The translations under genes and the position numbers were made by a program. A stretch of 64,000 nt of DNA from positions 11,408,001-11,472,000 of the forward strand of contig OZ024751.1 in NCBI GenBank assembly GCA_964016885.1. The letters run 5' to 3'. Position 1 is the stretch's first letter. The number at the start of each line of letters is the position of its first letter. Positions 13,577 to 27,568 of the stretch are shown here, in pieces. The notes below the pieces were generated by a model. It did not search any database. It had not been told where the DNA came from and saw nothing but the letters and a program-made list of their open reading frames with translations. This DNA comes from Eledone cirrhosa (Eukaryota).

Positions 13577-15005
13577 CACCAGCTTCACCAACAGTACCAC
13601 CACCATCGCCATTAGCACCACCAACAGTACCACCACCATCGCCACTAGCACCACCAACAGTACCACCACCATCGCCATTAGCACCACCAACAGTACCACC
13701 ACCATCGCCACCAGCCTCACCAACAGTACCACCACCATCGCCACCAGCACCACCAACAGTACCACCACCATCGCCATTAGCACCACCAACAGTACCACCA
13801 CCATCGCCACTAGCACCACCAACAGTACCACCACCATCGCCATTAGCACCACCAACAGTACCACCACCATCGCCACTAGCACCACCAACAGTACCACCAC
13901 CATCGCCACTAGCACCACCAACAGTACCACCACCATCGCCACCAGCACCACCAACAGTACCACCACCATCGCCATTAGCCTCACCAACAGTACCACCACC
14001 ATCGCCACTAGCACCACCAACAGTACCACCACCATCGCCACCAGCACCACCAACAGTACCACCACCATCGCCACCAGCCTCACCAACAGTACCACCACCA
14101 TCGCCACCAGCACCACCAACAGTACCACCACCATCGCCATTAGCACCACCAACAGTACCACCACCATCGCCATTAGCACCACCAACAGTACCACCACCAT
14201 CGCCACCAGCACCACCAACAGTACCACCACTATCGCCACTAGCACCACCAACAGTACCACCACCATCGCCACTAGCACCACCAACAGTACCACCACCATC
14301 GCCACTAGCACCACCAACAGTACCACCACCATCGCCATTAGCACCACCAACAGTACCACCACCATCGCCACCAGCATCACCAACAGTACCACCACCATCG
14401 CCATTAGCACCACCAACAGTACCACCACCATCGCCACCAGCCTCACCAACAGTACCACCACCATCGCCACCAGCACCACCAACAGTACCACCACCATCGC
14501 CACTAGCACCACCAACAGTACCACCACCATCGCCACCAACCTCACCAACAGTACCACCACCATCGCCACCAGCACCACCAACAGTACCACCACCATCGCC
14601 ATTAGCCTCACCAACAGTACCACCACCATCGCCACCAGCCTCACCAACAGTACCACCACCATCGCCACCAGCACCACCAACAGTACCACCACCATCGCCA
14701 TTAGCCTCACCAACAGTACCACCACCATCGCCACCAGCCTCACCAACAGTACCACCACCATCGCCACTAGCACCACCAACAGTACCACCACCATCGCCAC
14801 TAGCACCACCAACAGTACCATCACCATCGCCACTAGCACCACCAACAGTACCACCACCATCGCCACCAGCACCACCAACAGTACCACCACCATCGCCATT
14901 AGCACCACCAACAGTACCACCACCATCGCCACTAGCACCACCAACAGTACCACCACCATCGCCACCAGCCTCACCAACAGTACCACCACCATCGCCACTA
15001 GCACC
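13577..15005. repeat. Highly homogeneous 30-bp minisatellite (about 47 units)
   Basis: Unit ccaacagtaccaccaccatcgcca(t/c)(t/c)agc(ac/ct)ca. Reads PTVPPPSPLA on + and GGDGGGTVGG on -. Confidence 0.95.
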
Positions 15006-16029
15006 ACCACCATCACCAACACCAAAACCACTACAACCAACATCACCAACAACAACAACAACAAAAACAACAGCACCACCACAATCACCACTATCACCAC
15101 CACCACCATCACCAAAACCACCACCACCATCATCACCACTATCACCACCACCACCAACAACAACAAAACCACTATCACCACCACCACCATCACCAAAACC
15201 ACCACCACCATCATCACCACTATCACCACCACAACCACCAACAACAAAACCACTATCACCACCACCACCACCACCACTTCCTCCACCATCTATCATCACC
15301 ACCACCACCACAAGCTATCAACATCATCATCCTAATCCAGCACAGTCAGAGATGTAAAACTATTAGCAAGAAAAAGAATATTCACAAGATGTCCCCAAAA
15401 TGTTCTGTTCAATATCACCCCCACATCCCACCACCAACAACAACATCAACACCACCAACACCACCACCACCGCCTCCAACATCACCAATACCACCACCAC
15501 AACAATACCACCACCAAAACCACCACCAACACCACCAACAACACCACCACCAACACCACTACCACCACCACCACCAACAACAACACCACTACCACCACCA
15601 CCAACACCACCACCACCACGACCACCACTAACAGCACTACCACCACCACCACCACCTCCAAAATCACCACCATCAACTCCACCACCAGCACCAATACTAC
15701 CACCACCACCACCTCCAACATCACCACCACCACCAACACCATTACCACCACCACCACCACCACCACCAATACCACCACCACCACCAATACCACCACCAAT
15801 ACCATCACCAATACCACCACCACCACAACCACCAATACCACCACCACCACTACCACCATTCTACCTTACTTTTTACAAAGATCGTAGCATCTGGTTAGTA
15901 TAACCTGACGAACCACATACAACTGTCAAACTTGAGAAATGATATTTTTTTCCTATATTTTTATCATCATCAAATGACATGGCTTTTTCTTAAGAACAGT
16001 AACAAACGCCAGCAGAAACCACCACCACC

Positions 16030-16087
<58 letters not shown>

Positions 16088-16115
16088 CCACCACCACCAC
16101 AACCGTCACCATCAC
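15006..16115. repeat. (CCA)n-rich low-complexity tracts
   Basis: Direct inspection. Confidence 0.9.
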
Positions 16116-16224
16116 CTAGAAAACCGCCAAAAATCGAAAACCTTACAATCATTACAACGACAAAAATGAATGTGCAGCAGAAAGTATATATATATATGTG
16201 CATACAAATATATACATATATGCA

Positions 16225-16274
<50 letters not shown>

Positions 16275-16279
16275 CTTAA

Positions 16280-16351
<72 letters not shown>

Positions 16352-16352
16352 C

Positions 16353-16383
<31 letters not shown>

Positions 16384-16531
16384 TATATATATAAAATGCA
16401 TTTTTCTTTTTCTCTTTTCTTCTTTTGTATACGTACATACATATATGTATACAGACGTACAGTAGTACATATATATATATATATTTATATATATATACAC
16501 TTAAATACACATAAATATATGTATATATATG

Positions 16532-16573
<42 letters not shown>

Positions 16574-16909
16574 CTTTTTTCTGTCGTCTCTTCACTCTGC
16601 ATTTACTATATTTTTTTCACGTAATTTTTCATCCTTAAAGTATCTAGTGTCCGTGTCGTTTCGTTTCACTTTCCCTCCATTCCTCCTTTTTCTTGTCCTA
16701 TCTCTTTATTAACTAATGCTTCAGCGAATTAGACGCGGTGTTCCTTACGAAAATGGAGGTTCTCTATAATTTCTGACACACATGACACAATATTTATTAT
16801 CGTTGTTGTTGATGTTGTTATTGCTGTTGTCAATTGTCCTTGTGTCATTGTAATAGCATCAGCAGTATTGTTATCATTATTATTATTTATATTATTATTA
16901 TTTATAAGT

Positions 16910-17096
16910 GCGGCGGATTGGCAGAATCGTAGAGCGTCGGACGCCATGCTTTGACGCATTGAGTTACGGCCCTCGCCATTCTGAGTTCAAATCCCACCGA
17001 GGTTAACTTTGCCTTTCATCATTACGGGGTCGATAAAATAAAGTACCAGTAATACACTGGGTATTTTGCTGGCCTTGTGCCAAAGGTAGAAACAAA
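16910..17096 (+). mobile_element. tRNA-derived SINE (short form)
   Basis: Full head, central domain and tgctggccttgtgccaaaggtagaaac end, between (ATT)n tracts. Confidence 0.9.
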
Positions 17097-17125
17097 TATT
17101 ATTATTTATATTAGATAGTAGAAGT

Positions 17126-17493
17126 GAAAAGGAAAATCAGAATAGAGAGGGAAGTGCTCTCTTCCCAACATTTTGTTGAAAGGTGGGTGAGAGAAGCAAG
17201 AATGGCCCGAGTGAATGGGCCTACTCTGAGTATATATCTGTAAATTAAAGGTGGAAAACTGGGAGAGGGCACTTGCCTTGGTGGCCAGGGTCACTGTAGC
17301 CTTTTACTGGGCTTTCTCCACAAATGTCCCTCCGAAGTCTCCCCCCTATTGGGGAATTTTTCATTGTTATTTTTTGTTACATCCTCTGTTTTTGTTTTTT
17401 ACACGCAGAAATGCCCATTTGTACCGTCCTGTATTGTCCTGCACTGTCCTTAATGTCTACTTTATGTAAACCCTTGTGGTTAATAAATAAATC
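17126..17493 (+). mobile_element. 5'-truncated Tx1/L1-like LINE with 16-bp target-site duplication
   Basis: Encodes KRKIRIEREVLSSQHFVERWVREARMARVNGPTLSIYL* and ends taataaataaatc. TSD attagatagtagaagt at 17110-17125 and 17494-17509. Confidence 0.85.
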
Positions 17494-17729
17494 ATTAGAT
17501 AGTAGAAGTAGTAGCAGTGGCAGTTGTAGTAGTATTAGTATGGGTAGTAGTAGTAGTAGTTCAAATCCCACCGATGTTAGCTTTGCCTTTCATCCTTACG
17601 AGGTCAATAAATAAAACACCAGTAATGCACTGGGGTCGGTTTCATCGTCTTGACATTCCCCCCAAAATGCTGGCCTTGTGCCTATATAAGTAACCAATAT
17701 TATTGTCCAGAGGAGCAGTAATAGATTTG

Positions 17730-19890
17730 TAGAAACACCACCACAACCACGGCCACAGCCACCATCACCACCACTACAAACACCAACACGACCGCCATCA
17801 CCACCATTATAACCACCCCACAACAAACTCCACCCCAACCACCATTACCACCTCAACCACAACCACTACAAACACCCCTAAGACGACGGCGACAACCACC
17901 ACCACCACCACAACCACTACAAACACCCCTACGATGACCACCGCCACCACCATCACCACCGCAACCACTATTACCACCTCAACCACAACCACTACAAACA
18001 CCCCTACGACGACGACCACCACCACCACCACAACCACTACAAACACCCCTACGATGACCACCGCCACCACCATCACCACCGCAACCACTATAAACACCAC
18101 CACCACAACCACGGCCACTACAAACACCCCTACTACAACCACCGCCACTACCATCACCACCACAACCACTATAAACACCACCGCCACCACCACCACCACC
18201 ACCACGACCACTACAAACACCCCTACGGCAACCACCGCCACTACCATCACCACCACAACCACTAAAACACCACCACCACCACAACCGCCACTACAAACAC
18301 CCCTACGGCAAGCACCGCCACCACCATCACCACCACAACCACTATAAACACCACCACCACCACCACCACTACGAACACCCCTACGGCAACCACCGCCACT
18401 ACCATCACCACCACAACCACTAAAACACCACCACCACCACCACCACCACTACAAACACCCCTACGACAACCACCGCCACTACCATCACCACCACAACCAC
18501 TAAAACACCACCACCACAACCAATATAAACACCACCACCACCACCACAACCACGACCACTACAAACACTCCTACGACAACCATCGCCACCACCATCACCA
18601 CCGCAACCACTATAAACACCCCCACCACAAACACCCCTACGACGACCACCGCCACTACCATCACCACCGCAACCACTATAAACACCCCCACCACAAACAC
18701 CCCTACGACGACCACCGCCACTACCATCACCACCACAACCACTATAAACACCCCCACCACCACCACAAACACCACCTCCGCCTCCACCACCAACGCCACC
18801 AACATCATCACCTCGACCTCCCCTACCACCACCACCGCCTCCACCACCAATGCCACCAACATCACCACCTCGACCTCCACTACAACCACCACCACCGCCT
18901 CCACCACCAACGCCACCAACATCACCACCTCGACCTCCACTACCACCACCACCGCCTCCACCACCGACGCCACCAACATCACCACCTCGACCTCCACTAC
19001 AACCACCACCAACGCCTCCACCACCAACACCACCAACATCATCACCTCGACCTCCACTACCACCACCACCGCGACCTGCACTACCACCACCACCGCCTCC
19101 ACCAGCAACGCCACCAACATCAGCACCTCGACCTCCACAACTGTTCCCTAACCATCACCACCCTAACAACCACCACTTCCACACCACCATCTCAACGCCA
19201 TCAGCATCATCACAACGACCACTATTACCGCTCTTAAAAACGTCATTCCCCACCACACCACCACCACCACCACCACCATCTCAACGCCATCAGCATCATC
19301 ACCATGACCACTATTACCGCTCTTAAAAACGTCATTGCCCACCACCACCACCACCACAACGCCATCGACATCATCACCCCGACTGCCACTACCGGCCCCA
19401 AAGCATCATACCCCCCTTCCACCAGAACGGACACCACCGTCCCCAATGCAATAGTGCCCCCAACACCACCACCACCACCACCACCACTTCCATCTAAGCC
19501 CCCAACACCACCACCACCACCACCGCTTCCATCTAAGCCCCCACCACCACCGCCACCACCACCACCACCACTTCCATCTAAACCCCCACCACCACTACCA
19601 CCACCACCACCACCACCACCACTTCCATCTAAGCCCCCACCAACACCACCACCACCACCACCACTTCCATCTAAGCCCCCGCCACCACCACCACCACCAC
19701 TTCCATCTAAGCCCCCAACACCACCACCACCACCACCACTTCCATCTAAGCCCCCACCACCACCGCCACCACCACCACCACCACTTCCATCTAAGCCCCC
19801 CCCCCACACTTCCATCTAAGCCCCCGCCCCCGCCACCACCACCACCACCACCACAGCCATGTACTCCACCCCATCCATCACCAACACCAA
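17730..19890. repeat. (CCA)n-derived compound minisatellites
   Basis: Units such as acaaacacccctacgacgaccaccgccactaccatc, then cgcctccaccaccaacgccaccaacatcaccacctcgacctc, then ccaccacttccatctaagcccc. Confidence 0.9.
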
Positions 19891-20319
19891 AGGCCCACAA
19901 TTGGTCTTTGTGTAATGGTGGCTTACCACATCTGGTCGGAGCATAGAAGGTAAGGGTGATGTAGGAGTCATCGTTGGTTTTCATGAATTTCTAATTTACA
20001 TTTTGATTAAATCATAATAGCGAGATTAACAACAGTACTTTCCTACTGAAGAGTAAGTGCATTGAGTGGAGAGTGCCCCAGGAGGAAGCCGTATTTATAC
20101 ATGGCGTCACTGAAAGACACACACACACATATATACACACGCAGAATCCTATGTCATAAATATACACATATATGTATATATAAGGATATATAAATACATG
20201 TTTTTGTGCGTGCATATACTCAAACATATAGGCATATATACAGAGTAATACTCTGAGAAACTGCCTCGAAAAAGTAATTAAATACATATATACAAGCATA
20301 TACACATGTATTCATTCAT

Positions 20320-20354
<35 letters not shown>

Positions 20355-20596
20355 TGTATGTATGTGTGTACGTAATCTGTATGTATGTGCGTACAGAGAG
20401 TAAAAAAAATATATATGTACATATACATATACAGGCGTACGCACATACACATGCGTACGCAGACACACACACACACACATATTTTTATCGATATAAACAG
20501 AGATATGAGTGTAATTTTATGTAAAGCATGTAAGCATATATATGTATGTGTATGTGTATCTGTCTGTGTGTGCAAATATCTGTTTGCATATTTATG

Positions 20597-20634
<38 letters not shown>

Positions 20635-20641
20635 TATACAT

Positions 20642-20672
<31 letters not shown>

Positions 20673-20679
20673 CATGTGT

Positions 20680-20764
20680 GTATGTCTGTATGTGTAAATA
20701 ACTGAATATATGTGTATATATATATGTGTGTGTGTGTGTCTGTGTGTGTAAATATCTGAATAGC

Positions 20765-20829
<65 letters not shown>

Positions 20830-20834
20830 GTGTT

Positions 20835-20875
<41 letters not shown>

Positions 20876-20999
20876 ATGTCTGTATGTGTAAATAACTGAA
20901 TATCTGTGTATATATATATGTGTGTGTGTGTGTCTGTGTGTGTAAATATCTGAATAGCTGTGTATATATATATATGAGGGACTCATTTTTTCATATATA

Positions 21000-21042
<43 letters not shown>

Positions 21043-21229
21043 TATATATGTCTGTGTTTGTGTGTGTGTATATATATATGTGTGTGTGTATGTCTGTGTG
21101 TGTATATATCTGAATATCTGTGTATATATATATATATGTGTGTGTGTGTATGTGTATATATATATATATATGTGTGTATATATATATGTGTGTGTATGTC
21201 TATATGTGTAAATATCTGAATATCTGTGA

Positions 21230-21279
<50 letters not shown>

Positions 21280-21757
21280 ATATATATATTTATATATATA
21301 TATGAGTGTGTGCGAGTGTGTGTATATTTATATGTGTGTGGGTGTGTTTGTATGAGTATATGTGTCCATGTGTATAAATAATTAAGATAGGAATGGGAGC
21401 GGATTGAAGAGATATTATTCTTAATATAAACACCACCCACGATCCCTCCTCGCTCCCAAAACTGCTTGCCCCTATATTGTATACAGAACCAGGGCCAAAT
21501 AATACAGCTCCTGACCCTTTAATCCTTGTCAGTCCAAAGTGTACATAAACTCATCTACAAACACCCACACACAGACAAACAGAACCATTACACAAACGCA
21601 CGCACACACACACACACACAATATATCTATATATCTCATCTCTCACTATATATGTATATATATATATATATACATACACACACATACACAAACACACACA
21701 CACACATATATATCTATATATCTCATCTCTCACTATATATATTTATATATATATATG

Positions 21758-21796
<39 letters not shown>

Positions 21797-22005
21797 CTAT
21801 ATATCTCATCTCTCACTATATATATTTATATATATATATATGTATATACACACACACACACACACATATATATAAATCTATATATCTCATCTCTCACTAT
21901 ATATATTTATATATATATATATATATATATACATACACACACATACACAAACGCGCACACACACACACACACACACAATATATCTATATATCTCATCTCT
22001 CACTA

Positions 22006-22037
<32 letters not shown>

Positions 22038-22120
22038 CATACACACACATACACAAAGACACACACACATATATATCTATATATCTCATCTCTCACTATA
22101 TATATTTATATATATATATG

Positions 22121-22190
<70 letters not shown>
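20680..22190. repeat. Compound microsatellite-based tandem repeats
   Basis: Recurring tgtgtaaatatctgaatatctg (20680-21240) and atatctatatatctcatctctcacta (21620-22100) modules. A short unique stretch at about 21380-21590 lies between them. Confidence 0.85.
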
Positions 22191-22208
<18 letters not shown>

Positions 22209-22338
22209 GGGGGGGGGGATCTCTCCTCTATCTATCTATCAATGAAAGAAAGAGAGAGAGAGAGGGAGAGAAAGATTGACAAATATTTGAGCTTTGATTT
22301 ACGCTTTGCTTTATATGGTTATGTTATCAACTTGTGTA

Positions 22339-22440
<102 letters not shown>

Positions 22441-22442
22441 CT

Positions 22443-22788
22443 ATTAAAACAATGAAATTAAACACAAAATGGTTAATTCGTAGTAAAACTCATTATTTTA
22501 CGATCGTTTCTGGGCGGTAGTTCCCCGTATGTCCATTCAATTATTGATCTATATAAAATATTACAAAATATCATAGTAAGAAAAGATTTATACGTCTTCA
22601 CTACCCGCCGTCTTCAGAGGGTAGTGAAGACGTATGTATTTTTTCTTACTATGATATTTTGTAATATTTTACATAGATCAATAATTGAATGGACATACGG
22701 GGAACTACCCCCCCCCCCAGAAACGATCGTAAAATAATGAGTTTTACTATGAATTAACCATTTTGTGTTTAATTTCATTGTTTTAATA
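22443..22788. mobile_element. About 345-bp fold-back element containing a hammerhead core on the minus strand (22499-22617)
   Basis: Arms of about 165 bp around the loop gccgtcttcaga. Minus strand reads CTGAAGA-c-ggcgggtagt...actaccgcc-ca-GAAA-cgatcg-TA. The 5' strand of stem I is lost at the fold-back point. Confidence 0.7.
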
Positions 22789-23029
22789 TTTCTATTTTGA
22801 CTCTGTATCCAATTGAATTATATAGTTGAAAATGTTTGTATTTTAAACTTTGCTTCACGACATCTTCTACATACGGATTACGTTGAGTTCTTCATACGGT
22901 TTAGACCCTACCATTGACTGGTAGATTTATCTGAGTATATATAAATATATATACACAGATAAATCTACCAATTAATGGTAGGTCTAAACCGTATGAAGAA
23001 TTAAAATAAAAAAAAACGAAGTGTGCGTG

Positions 23030-23114
<85 letters not shown>

Positions 23115-23229
23115 TTCGTTTTTATATTTCTTTTTCAAGATTTCTTATCTGAAAACGTGTGTTGAAACAGATATTGTTTTACTTTCGGAGGGTCATGCTG
23201 CCAATATATATATGTTGCAAATTTTGGAA

Positions 23230-23850
23230 GAGAATAGAAAGGATTAGGAATAAGGCAAATAAAATCAACTCATGGTATGATATCAATAAATAGCAGTTTG
23301 TAATGTTCGTCAATACAACCCCTAGACGCGAACTAGCTTATAGATTTAGAAGGGTCCAAGACAAGCTCAAATTAAATATTAAGATAATTGAATAACCAGG
23401 TATTCCCATAAAAACCCCAATTAATAAAACATACCCATTTCAAAGATCCCTCTGCACTGATAGGAAATGCATAGTCTGCAAACTAAGCCCGCAAACTAAC
23501 TGCAAAACTAGGAACGTAGTATATAGCATATGATGTACTGAGGGACAGTGTAGGAATAAGAACATAACATACATAGGTGAAACACCCTGTAACATAGAAG
23601 AAACGAGAAGTGAACAATAGCGAGAAATGCAGGATGGGGAAATATCATCAGTACTCCACCAACAATCCAAAATAGAACATAGGGGCATATTAGAGAACAT
23701 AGAGATGAAAATTATATCCACACACAGAAGAGATGCAATACTCAGATAAATCACAGAAGCAACAAATATAGACGAACTCCAACCAAAATTAAACAGAAAA
23801 TATGAATGGAATAGCAACATCACAACTAGTAATTAAGGACAAAATGAAGA
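23230..23850 (+). pseudogene. Degraded GIY-YIG endonuclease of a Penelope-like element (Neptune-like)
   Basis: KTYPFQRSLCTDRKCIVCKLSPQTNCKTRNVVYSI*CTEGQCRNKNITYIGET...LR*ITEATNIDELQPKLNRKYEW. Homologous to 35200-35730. Confidence 0.85.
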
Positions 23851-23864
23851 CACACGCACACACA

Positions 23865-23941
<77 letters not shown>

Positions 23942-24131
23942 TTATATATATACACAATGTATATATATATATATTCACCCCTTGTTTATTTTTATTTTTA
24001 TTTTTATTTTTATTTGCACTTTTAAACAATTTCCTTTACTCTCTAAAAACATTGTTTTTTCCTCCCTTTTCTCTCCCACCCTTTTTTTAAATGGTTTCCA
24101 CCCTCGGAACTCACTTCCTACCCACTGTTCT

Positions 24132-24160
24132 CTTGATGAAGGGCTTATGTCCGAAATGTC
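24132..24160 (+). ncRNA. Degenerate minimal PLE-type hammerhead motif
   Basis: c-TTGATGA-a-gggc-ttat-gtcc-GAAA-tg-TC. C3 is altered and stem I is not evident. Confidence 0.4.
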
Positions 24161-24374
24161 GTCCCCCACCCCCACACTCAAGCGTGAAACTAAAAACCAT
24201 ATTTGTACTGCCTCTTTGTTTTTGTTCTCTTTTCATTTATTAAACTATATATATATATATAGTTTAATATATATATATATATAGTAATAATAATAAATTT
24301 GAAGACTAAAATCCAAAGAGGGCTCGATAAGGATAAATATATATAAAAAATATAAGAACCGTAGAGCAAATATT

Positions 24375-24519
24375 TATTAAAATAACAGATTAAAGTTTAA
24401 GCAAAGGATCGCTGCTTTCACCCTTAACAGGATCTTCTGAAATTAAAAAAGTTTCAGAAGATCCCGTTAAGGGTGAAAGCAGCGATTCTTTGCTTAAACT
24501 TTAATCTGTTATTTTAATA
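24375..24519. repeat. 145-bp hairpin with a degenerate hammerhead-like core in each arm
   Basis: Inverted arms; CAGAAGA-t-ccc-gttaa-ggg-t-GAAA. The same cccgttaagggtgaaa occurs at about 27627-27643 (-). Confidence 0.7.
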
Positions 24520-24729
24520 TATATATATATATATTTATAAAAATGAGGTAAATATCTCACTGAGTTCTAAGTACCCATAGAGATATATAGGGTGTCCATA
24601 ATATAATTGTTGTTATATGGTACTAATTCGAGATACCAGAACTATAAAAATTGATGAGCAGAACAAACAAACATTAAACAATCCTTTAAATAAATTAAAA
24701 AATGATTTAAATATCTACCTGTTCATAAT

Positions 24730-24807
24730 GCTATTACCGGGGGTTTCCATTTACAAAGATTGGAAATTCAGAGAATTACCAACGGAAAGTAAATTTCATC
24801 AGATAGC
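24730..24807 (-). ncRNA. Type I hammerhead ribozyme between 60-bp inverted repeats (24648-24707 / 24864-24923)
   Basis: gctat-CTGATGA-a-atttac...gtaaat-g-GAAA-cccccgg-TA-atagc. Confidence 0.75.
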
Positions 24808-24919
24808 TATTTCCTTTCTATAGGACATACGTCCCACGGTCTGCAAATATAATGCTAACTACCAATCATTTTTTAATTTATTTAAAGGATTGTTTAATGT
24901 TTGTTTGTTCTGCTCATCA

Positions 24920-24996
<77 letters not shown>

Positions 24997-24998
<2 letters not shown>

Positions 24999-25121
24999 GG
25001 GTGGCCCAAACGTCGCGATACATTAAAAAATAATTATGTTTTATAAGAAACAATTTATTCAAAATAAATAAATATGGAAACTTAATAATTTCCTATGTAT
25101 TGCGACTTTTGGGCCACCCTG
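24997..25121. mobile_element. 125-bp MITE with Tc1/mariner-type TIRs
   Basis: TIRs of about 27 bp: (t)agggtggcccaaacgtcgcgatacat / atgtattgcgacttttgggccaccctg. Flanked by TA. Confidence 0.85.
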
Positions 25122-25136
25122 TATATATGCATATGT

Positions 25137-25201
<65 letters not shown>

Positions 25202-25814
25202 CTTGTACGTGTATATATATATTATCGCAGGCCCTAATACCTACATTAATATCATACTTATCATTACAATTCTACCATTTTCCTTGTGAGAATTATCAAG
25301 AGGCGTATGAGGGTGTGGGTGGGGGTAGAAGGATTAAAACTATAAGAAAAAGATGAGCGAAAAGAGTAAGAGTAGGGCGAGCAGAAGAGGAGGAGGAGGA
25401 AGGGGGAGTTGGAGGAAAAGGAAAATATAAATAGAAGAAATACAAAATAGAACATAATAGATACAACAATAAAACTAACAATGACAAGAAATATAAGTAC
25501 GTTCGAAGCATAATTAATTAAATTAACATTTTAACTGAATTCCTGACAGTTGGACTTTAGACGGTAAAGAGAGATAAGTTTAATCTGTTTAGATTAAATA
25601 TTCTCAAAATTACTGGTACAAATAGGCACATACACACCTTTATACATATACATACATGCGTATATGAATATGTGTATATATATGTATATATAAAGACATG
25701 AGTGAATCACTGCATGGTCGAGTTTCAAAAGTATATTATATGCATAGTTTTCCTTATTATATATATATACTGTTTTCCTTATTATATAGTTTATATATAT
25801 ACTGTATATATATA

Positions 25815-26008
25815 TTTAATATAGAAATGGCTTCTACAGAAGTAGAACTGTTTCATACAAAGGAAATCATCAGGAAAGCTTTCCTGGTGATTTCTTTCGA
25901 ATGAAAAAGTTCTAATTCTGCAGAACCCATTTCTCTATCTAGAAATTATACTCTGTTACGTATTGAGTACCTTACATACTCTGGTTACCCCCGATTGAAC
26001 CCGGGATA
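25815..26008 (+). mobile_element. Palindromic double-hammerhead short element, family A copy 2
   Basis: Fold-back centred on aagctt. Minus arm 25830-25879 reads gctttc-CTGATGA-...-GAAA-cag..ctg-TA-gaagc with an intact core and weak stem II. Confidence 0.75.
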
Positions 26009-26134
26009 CACACGTGCACCCCCCACACACATATACACATATATATATACAGAGAGAGAGAGAGAGAGAGAGAGACGGAGCGATGGTAGATAGACAGACA
26101 GATAGATATACAATACCATACATATCCAATAATC

Positions 26135-26690
26135 ATTGGTGAATTGGCAGTATCGGTAGAGGGTCGGACGCCATGCTTTCCAGCATAGTTACGTCCCTTT
26201 ACGATCTGAGTTCAAATCCCGCCGAGGTTGACTTTGCCTTTCATCCTTACGGGGTCGATAAAATAAAGTACCAGTAACGCACTGGGTAATTGCTGGCCTT
26301 GTGCCTAAAGTAGAAACAATTATATTATCAGTAGAGGGTTGGACGCCATGTTTTCTAGCATAGTTACGTCCCTTTACAGTCTGAGTTCAAATCTCGCCGA
26401 GGTTAACTTTGCCTTTCATCCTTACGGGGTCGATAAAATAAAGTACCAGTAATGTACTGATAATTGCTGGCCTTGTGCAAAAAGTAGAAACAATTATTAG
26501 GGCGGTGGATTGGCAGTATCGGTAGAGGGTCGGACGCCATGCTTTGAAGCATAGAGTTACGGCTCATGCCATTCTGAGTTCAAATCCCGCCGAGGTTAAC
26601 TTTGCCTTTCATCCTTACGGGGTCGATAAACTAAAGTACCAGTAATGCACTGGATAATTGCTGGCCTTGTGCCAAAAGTAGAAACAATTA
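26135..26690 (+). mobile_element. Three head-to-tail SINE copies
   Basis: Each ends agtagaaacaatta. The copies differ at diagnostic positions. Confidence 0.9.
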
Positions 26691-27195
26691 TATTCTAAAT
26701 CCTACTGACTAATATCATTAAATATTAGGAATATATATAATCCTTATTGTTTGCATCTGAAGATGTTATAGCTTGGCTATTTTGATTCTGCGACAACTTT
26801 GTATTACAGATGTGTCACGATAGACAAAAATCACTTTTCTCCTCTATATTCACAATATATTCTTATCACCCACATTGAAACACACATACAAGCGCCCGCA
26901 CACACATCTACACACAAGCACATATATTTTTGTGTGCATATATGTGCATGTGTGTAGATGTGTGTGTGTGTGCTTGTCTGTAATTTAAGACAGCGAAAAC
27001 GTCTCATAATGGGAAAATACTTTGAAAGGAAGTTGCCCCCGAAATGGGAATACAAATGGAATAAAACCTGTTTGACGAAAATCGCAGCACAGGTTCCCGA
27101 GATAGGGTTTTTTTCTGGGTACCTTCATAAATAGAAAGCGAGAAAGATAGAGAGAAAGGGATTGTGGTTGTGAGAGAGTAAATTGGAAGAGAGAC

Positions 27196-27265
<70 letters not shown>

Positions 27266-27364
27266 CACACATAAGGGCCTTTCAATTTCATTTTGCATTA
27301 TCGACATGTCTGTGTATATTTTATTTAAAAAATTATTTTCAAGAGAACGTGACCCACGGATGGT

Positions 27365-27404
<40 letters not shown>

Positions 27405-27522
27405 TGTATATACAGTGTATTTTGCAATATACTGTATGCTTAATTAAAAGCATTTTGAAGACCTTACGCTATTGTTTTAAAGTAGTGAATATGTCACTTC
27501 TTTTTTCAGAAAACAAAGGGAA

Positions 27523-27568
27523 TAAGCTGACAGATCTGTTTCGTACTGTTGGTACTCCTCAGAGCTTA
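27523..27568 (-). ncRNA. Canonical type I hammerhead ribozyme
   Basis: taagct-CTGAGGA-gtac-caaca-gtac-GAAA-ca-gatc-tg-TC-agctta. All three stems pair perfectly and the cleavage triplet is GUC. The downstream tail (27400-27520) resembles 7327-7450. Confidence 0.9.

Noticed and set aside
7973-20110. Minus-strand micro-exon candidates (7973-8014, 16749-16772, and an acceptor near 20110 giving DAMYKYGFLLGHSPLNALTLQ*)
   Set aside because: Only splice-like dinucleotide contexts are present, with no recognisable homology or consistent gene model.
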